Below are positions 59,530 to 64,000 of a DNA stretch of 64,000 nucleotides, piece by piece. A program made the position numbers and the translations under genes. Numbering within the stretch: the stretch's first letter is position 1; the number at the start of each line of letters is the position of its first letter. This stretch comes from an uncultured Verrucomicrobiae bacterium (GTDB taxonomy: Bacteria; Verrucomicrobiota; Verrucomicrobiia; Chthoniobacterales; UBA10450): assembly GCA_963756875.1 (NCBI GenBank), contig CAVWPA010000003.1, positions 1,120,001 to 1,184,000 of the forward strand, written 5' to 3'. The notes below the pieces were generated by a model that did no database searches, was not told the DNA's origin, and saw nothing but the letters and a program-made list of their open reading frames with translations.

Positions 59530-59680
59530 AAAGAACCTTCGCTGAAAGTCGAGGAAGCTTCAAAGATCTGATGCAGTGACTTGAATGCATTGCAAGGCAG
59601 GCGCATCGCTTGCCGGTCTGAGGATTGGGCAGGCGATGCGCCTGTCCCACAATGCAGAAGCGGAAAACCGCGCGCGGCGC

Positions 59681-60289
59681 TTAATTTGTGATCGTGACCG
59701 GCGTGCCAACCGAGACGGACTTGAAGAAATTTTCCGCCATGAACTCCGGCATGCGAATGCAACCGTGCGACGCGGCGTAGCCAGGCAGATAGCCGGCGTG
59801 CATGCCAGTTCCATCTGTAATTCGCATGTAAAACGGCATGGGCGCGCCCTTGAAGTGACTGCCGGGCGGTTTCGGATCCGTTTTAATATCGACATTTGGT
59901 TTCACAACGTTGCCCTTGGCGTCGACGTAATCGCCATACAGGCTCGAAGCGTGATTGAGGTCCTTTTGCAGGATGTGAAAATTCCCGCTGGGCGTATTCC
60001 GGCCTTCACGTCCCGTGGAAAGCTGCGAAACGCCCACTAGCATCCCGCCCTTGTAAAAATAAGCGCGCTGCTGGGTCAGACTGATTTTGACCGAAGGCTT
60101 GCCGCCAATATGATCGCCGTCCCAGTACGAAACCGTGTCCACTGGCGCCCCCGTTGTGGGAGCGTTCCCGTAAATACCGCCGAGATATTGCGTTTCTCCG
60201 GAAAAACGCGCGTCCTCCTCGCAACTGGTGAGAAAACAAACGAAGCCGGCCAGCAAGAATGGGAGCACCCTGTAAAACGAGTAACGCAT
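59681..60289 (-). CDS. L,D-transpeptidase (YkuD) family lipoprotein
   Basis: Lipobox LTSC; STG, MHAG..PGYAASHGCIRM. Confidence 0.9.
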   Translation of the reverse strand: MRYSFYRVLPFLLAGFVCFLTSCEEDARFSGETQYLGGIYGNAPTTGAPVDTVSYWDGDHIGGKPSVKISLTQQRAYFYKGGMLVGVSQLSTGREGRNTPSGNFHILQKDLNHASSLYGDYVDAKGNVVKPNVDIKTDPKPPGSHFKGAPMPFYMRITDGTGMHAGYLPGYAASHGCIRMPEFMAENFFKSVSVGTPVTITN

Positions 60290-60439
60290 AAAAATTTTCG
60301 GACGAACCTTCTACTGGCAGCTTATGCAAAGTCAAGCGACGCTGCCAATCTGAAACGCAAAAACTCCAATGCGCACCCATGTACCTGAGACGGCTTGAAT
60401 TGTGCTTTCTTTCAGGCAGACTTTCGCGGCCTTTCCGCT

Positions 60440-60772
60440 ATGCCGACCTACGAGTATCACTGCAGCAAGTGTAACCAAGATTTTGAGGCGTTTCAATCGA
60501 TGCGCGACAAACCATTCCGCGAATGCCCCAAAGACCTTTGCCGCCTGCCGAAGTGGGGCCACGGAAAAGTGAAACGGCTTCTCGGTACCGGCGCGGGCAT
60601 CATTTTTAAGGGATCCGGCTTTTATATCACCGATTATCGCAGCAAAGCCTACAAGGATGCCGCCAAGAAAGAAGCCCCAGCGGCATCGAATTCCGAAAAA
60701 ACTACCCCGGCCAAAGAAGGAAAAGGCGCGGCGGCTGCTTCGCAGTCCAAATCGAAGAAGGAATCTTTGTGA
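60440..60772 (+). CDS. FmdB-family zinc-ribbon protein
   Basis: MPTYEYHCSKC...CP...FKGSGFYITDY. Confidence 0.9.
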   Translation: MPTYEYHCSKCNQDFEAFQSMRDKPFRECPKDLCRLPKWGHGKVKRLLGTGAGIIFKGSGFYITDYRSKAYKDAAKKEAPAASNSEKTTPAKEGKGAAAASQSKSKKESL

Positions 60773-61521
60773 CGACCACCATGCTGATATGCCCGGAGTG
60801 CCGGCGCGAAAACGAACCGGAACGCATTTACTGCCGCATTTGCGGAGCGCGCCTGGATCGCTCCGTCCTGGTCTCTGAAAAGCCGGCGGGTGAGCAGCCC
60901 GAGCAGGTTCACCGACGCCTTCGCCGGATGTTCGATCCGCAACAGGGAAGGTTCCGGCGAATCTTCTTTGCGTTCTGCAAGGTAGTTCTGGCCGCGTGCG
61001 CCGCTGCCATGATCCTGGAGATGATTTTGCCGCTCGATATTGGGCCGGCGCCGAAGACGGTGGAGCTTGCCCGGCAAATCAACTTCGACCTGGAGAACGC
61101 AACGCTTTATCATCGGCCGCCGCAGCTTCGTTACACACAGGAAGAGGTAAACGCGTATCTGGGCTATACGCTAAAAGGCAGGCAGCAGGCGCTCGACAAA
61201 TCATTCCTCAAGTTCAATCGTGCCGTTGTTCAGTTCGGCGAAGGCACGTGCACCATCACGGTGGAGCGTTCGCTGTTCGGGTACTCGATCTACCACCGCG
61301 CTTCGTACGGTGTAAACGCCGCCGGGGGAAAGATTACCGTGTCGCACAAGGGAGGATGGATCGGCCGGCTTCCCATCGCCCCTGGCATCACGCCCTTCAC
61401 AGGTATCCTTTTCGCCGATCTGTGGTCCGCGCTCAATCGGGAGCAGCAGCTGGTTGCAAGAATGGGCGGAACTGAGTTTCACGACGGCTACGTCGTTCTA
61501 ATCACGCCCGCAAAGCCATAG
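60769..61521 (+). CDS. Hypothetical zinc-ribbon membrane protein
   Basis: CPEC..N....YCRICG, one TM segment. Confidence 0.8.
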   Translation: MTTTMLICPECRRENEPERIYCRICGARLDRSVLVSEKPAGEQPEQVHRRLRRMFDPQQGRFRRIFFAFCKVVLAACAAAMILEMILPLDIGPAPKTVELARQINFDLENATLYHRPPQLRYTQEEVNAYLGYTLKGRQQALDKSFLKFNRAVVQFGEGTCTITVERSLFGYSIYHRASYGVNAAGGKITVSHKGGWIGRLPIAPGITPFTGILFADLWSALNREQQLVARMGGTEFHDGYVVLITPAKP

Positions 61522-61683
61522 GGCGGGACAGCCCGTCTTGCTGCGTCCATGCCGGGCAATCGCCTGGAAAGAGATCTCCCGCTGTAGGACGCCCGAAATT
61601 CCGAAAAAGTGAACGACCGGCGGCCCGCCCTGTTTGCCCTCGGACCCGCCGGTCGTCCAACCGAAAGGTCTGATTTATGAGAC

Positions 61684-62256
61684 CTAACGGAGATCCATTT
61701 GTTCAAGAAGTTGTCGGGTAAGCCGGCCATCCACGGGCATGCCATGATCCCGTTCGTAGGCGCGAATGGCCCGGCGGGTGAGAGGTCCCACGATACCGTC
61801 CACGTTGCCGTGGTAATAACCGGCTTGCGCGAGGCGCTCTTGCAATTGGGCGACGATCGACGCGCCGGCGTAACCGTTGTCATTGCCGCCAAAGGCCGGT
61901 TCGCTGTAGTAATAATTATAGTAACCGTAGGGATAGTAGCCGTAAGGGTGGTAATAACCGTACGGATAGTCCCATCCCCAATACGGGTAAAATGGGTAGC
62001 CGTAGTAAGCGTAATAGTTCCCGTGGTAGTGGTGCCGATAGCGCCAATTGTTTCCGCCGCCGTTCCAATGCTGATTAAACCGCGGCTGAAACCCACGTGA
62101 GTGTGATATCGCCGGTCCGCCACGTGCAACCGAGGAGCCTCCGCGGATCGCGCCTTCCCGGGCCACGCCGCCATGGCCGCCATGCGGTGCCGCAAAAGCC
62201 ATCGATGCGCTCACCGCTAACGCCCCGAACCAGCTCAGAAGGATTCTTCGTTTCAT
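61684..62256 (-). CDS. Secreted Tyr/Gly-rich protein with peptidoglycan-binding domain
   Basis: Signal peptide; LQERLAQAGYY.G.VDGIVGPLTRRAIRAY. Confidence 0.88.
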   Translation of the reverse strand: MKRRILLSWFGALAVSASMAFAAPHGGHGGVAREGAIRGGSSVARGGPAISHSRGFQPRFNQHWNGGGNNWRYRHHYHGNYYAYYGYPFYPYWGWDYPYGYYHPYGYYPYGYYNYYYSEPAFGGNDNGYAGASIVAQLQERLAQAGYYHGNVDGIVGPLTRRAIRAYERDHGMPVDGRLTRQLLEQMDLR

Positions 62257-62390
62257 ATTCATAACATTAGGTGGAGTGTCTCTGTAAATTACACACTTCA
62301 AACCGCAGAGAGTTGCGTGATTTTAGGACGCTGACTCGACTTCAGGATGGCAATCGATCCTCTTTCTTTTGTATGATCTGCCAACCGTTG

Positions 62391-63680
62391 ATGAAGATTA
62401 GCAAGTACGCGTTTTTCCTGTTGCCGATCTTCTTCGGCCCCGCATCGCTTTCGGCAAGTCCGCCCGAACGCAGCATCAGCCCTTCGCAGCAATTCATCGT
62501 TTACGGAGCGGACGCTCTGTCGCGAGGTGCGATCTCCGATCTTGCCGAACATACGAAGACCAACTTGCTCAGGTTGTTGCGGCTGCCTGACGAATGGAAG
62601 ACGCCCATCGTTATCGATTTACAACGCCCGCGGGCGAACCTGCCGGACACTCCCGCCGCGGCGCTCTATTTCAGCCAGACCGGCTTTGGGCTGAAACTTC
62701 AGCTCGATCTCAAAGTCGGCTCCAATCTCGATCGCGCAGGCGTCGAGCGTAAGTTGTTACGAGCAATTCTGCTGGAAATGATTTACCGGAAAGAACCCGC
62801 GCTTGCGCCCGGAACGGCTTATGTCGAACCGCCAGTCTGGTTGCTTTATGGAGTGCTCGCGAATGCTCCGGGAGAGAACCGTTCGTCCCTGATCGAAGCG
62901 CTGAGCGTCGAGGAGAACATTACGCCGCTAAGAAATTTTCTGGGGCAATCGCGCCCCCTTTCGGACCTGGATTCGCCGGCACGCGAGGTTTATCGTGCTT
63001 ACTCTTTTGCTCTCGTACAGCTGCTGGTCAATCGAGCAAACGGGCATGCCCGGCTTGCGCGCTACATCGATAAACTCTCTCTGGCATCGAACGATCCGCT
63101 CGGAGATTTAAAATCCCTGTTTCCGGAATTGTCCGGTGAGGCGGGACAAATACTTTGGAAGTCGGAGGTGGCCCGGCTGAGCGGGCAGAAAAGCAATGAA
63201 TTGCTCACCTTTGCGGAAACCGAGCGCCGGCTGAACAAGCTAATCGGGACGAAGATTTCCGACGATGGGAAGTCGAACAAGCCGTTGAGGCTCCAGGATT
63301 TCGGACGGCGAAAGATTTCCCAATCGGAGAAGGCGGCCCTCGGTCGCCTTGGCCGGAGATTACTTTTACTGGCTACGCGGTCGAACCCGATCTTGCAGCC
63401 CGTGATTCAGGAATACCGGGAAATTGTCTTTCTGCTCGTGAAGGGGAAAAACAGGAAAATTCCGGCGCGCCTGGCGCGCGTTCAGGAAATTCGGGCAAAG
63501 ATTTCGACGCGCATGGGCCAAATCGACGATTATATGAATTGGTTCGAAGCGACAAAATTGAACACGAGCAGCGGTTTGTTCTCCGCTTACCTTCGAGCGG
63601 CAGAAGAAGACTCTGAAGAACATCCTCGCCGGCAGGATCCGCTTTCGGTTTATCTCGATGCGCTCGAGGAACAATTTTAG
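62391..63680 (+). CDS. Hypothetical secreted protein
   Basis: Long ORF with signal-like N-terminus; DDYMNWFEAT. Confidence 0.75.
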   Translation: MKISKYAFFLLPIFFGPASLSASPPERSISPSQQFIVYGADALSRGAISDLAEHTKTNLLRLLRLPDEWKTPIVIDLQRPRANLPDTPAAALYFSQTGFGLKLQLDLKVGSNLDRAGVERKLLRAILLEMIYRKEPALAPGTAYVEPPVWLLYGVLANAPGENRSSLIEALSVEENITPLRNFLGQSRPLSDLDSPAREVYRAYSFALVQLLVNRANGHARLARYIDKLSLASNDPLGDLKSLFPELSGEAGQILWKSEVARLSGQKSNELLTFAETERRLNKLIGTKISDDGKSNKPLRLQDFGRRKISQSEKAALGRLGRRLLLLATRSNPILQPVIQEYREIVFLLVKGKNRKIPARLARVQEIRAKISTRMGQIDDYMNWFEATKLNTSSGLFSAYLRAAEEDSEEHPRRQDPLSVYLDALEEQF

Positions 63681-63767
63681 CTGGTGCCTGTTACAGAGGG
63701 AACAGTTGCTCCCACGGTGGTTGGTTGGTATCATGCTTAACGCGTCCCGGACACGAGTTTTTTATTA

Positions 63768-64000
63768 ATGCAAAAAATCGGATTTGCCGAAGCCCTCGAT
63801 TCGATTGTAGCGAGCGACTCGCGTTATCATCGCGATGCCTACGTGTTCTTGCGTGATGCGCTCGATTTCACGACCAAGCAGCAAAAGAAAATTAAAGGCA
63901 CTACCGTGCGGCATGTGGCGGGACCGGAGTTGCTCGACGGCGTCCGGCAGTACGCGCTGAGAGAATTCGGCCCCATGGTAATCACGGTGTTTGACTGCTG
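63768..64000 (+). CDS. Conserved Planctomycetes/Verrucomicrobia protein (Minf_1886-like), partial
   Basis: MQKIGFAEAL...DSRYHRDAYVFLRDALD...RHVAGPELLDGVRQYALREFGPM; open to the window edge. Confidence 0.8.
   Translation, partial: MQKIGFAEALDSIVASDSRYHRDAYVFLRDALDFTTKQQKKIKGTTVRHVAGPELLDGVRQYALREFGPMVITVFDC

Noticed and set aside
61900..62040. TAG/GTA-rich repetitive tract
   Set aside because: It encodes the Tyr/Gly/Pro-rich linker of the peptidoglycan-binding protein on the minus strand.

Overview
A 64 kb GC-rich, gene-dense bacterial chromosome segment, most likely from a soil Verrucomicrobium (Chthoniobacterales/Udaeobacter-like). The assignment is inferred from a PEP-CTERM protein, PVC-type DksA/L33, a Plancto_Ver-type ORF at the right edge and the style of the repeats. 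The left end (1-13.5 kb) is the most unusual part. A minus-strand run encodes a divergent acyl-CoA ligase beta subunit, an alpha-subunit/citryl-CoA-lyase fusion (ATP-citrate-lyase-like architecture), an HD-family protein with HD changed to AD, a single-chain fungal-LYS4-type homoaconitase and an isocitrate/isopropylmalate-family dehydrogenase. Small accessory cassettes interrupt this run: GxxExxY+YHYH bounded by 10-nt-period repeats, a nucleotidyltransferase pair, and a PEP-CTERM propeller with a structured leader. A glutaryl-CoA-dehydrogenase-like gene and a thiolase are transcribed divergently. The middle holds a tricorn protease, a KirBac channel, transporters, a split IcmF-like B12 mutase, a fused 3-oxoacid CoA-transferase, prpDBC, ada and tRNA-Arg(UCU). 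The right end is housekeeping (sppA, thiL, tsaE, tsaB, alr, rpsR, rpmG, dksA, MacAB-like ABC, pdxA, surA-like, mfd). Several families of REP/MITE-like and short-period repeats fill intergenic space, and some lie in-frame inside genes. Three single-base frameshifts are probably assembly errors. No CRISPR array, prophage, integrase or transposase was found. All product calls come from motif recognition by eye; no database searches were run.
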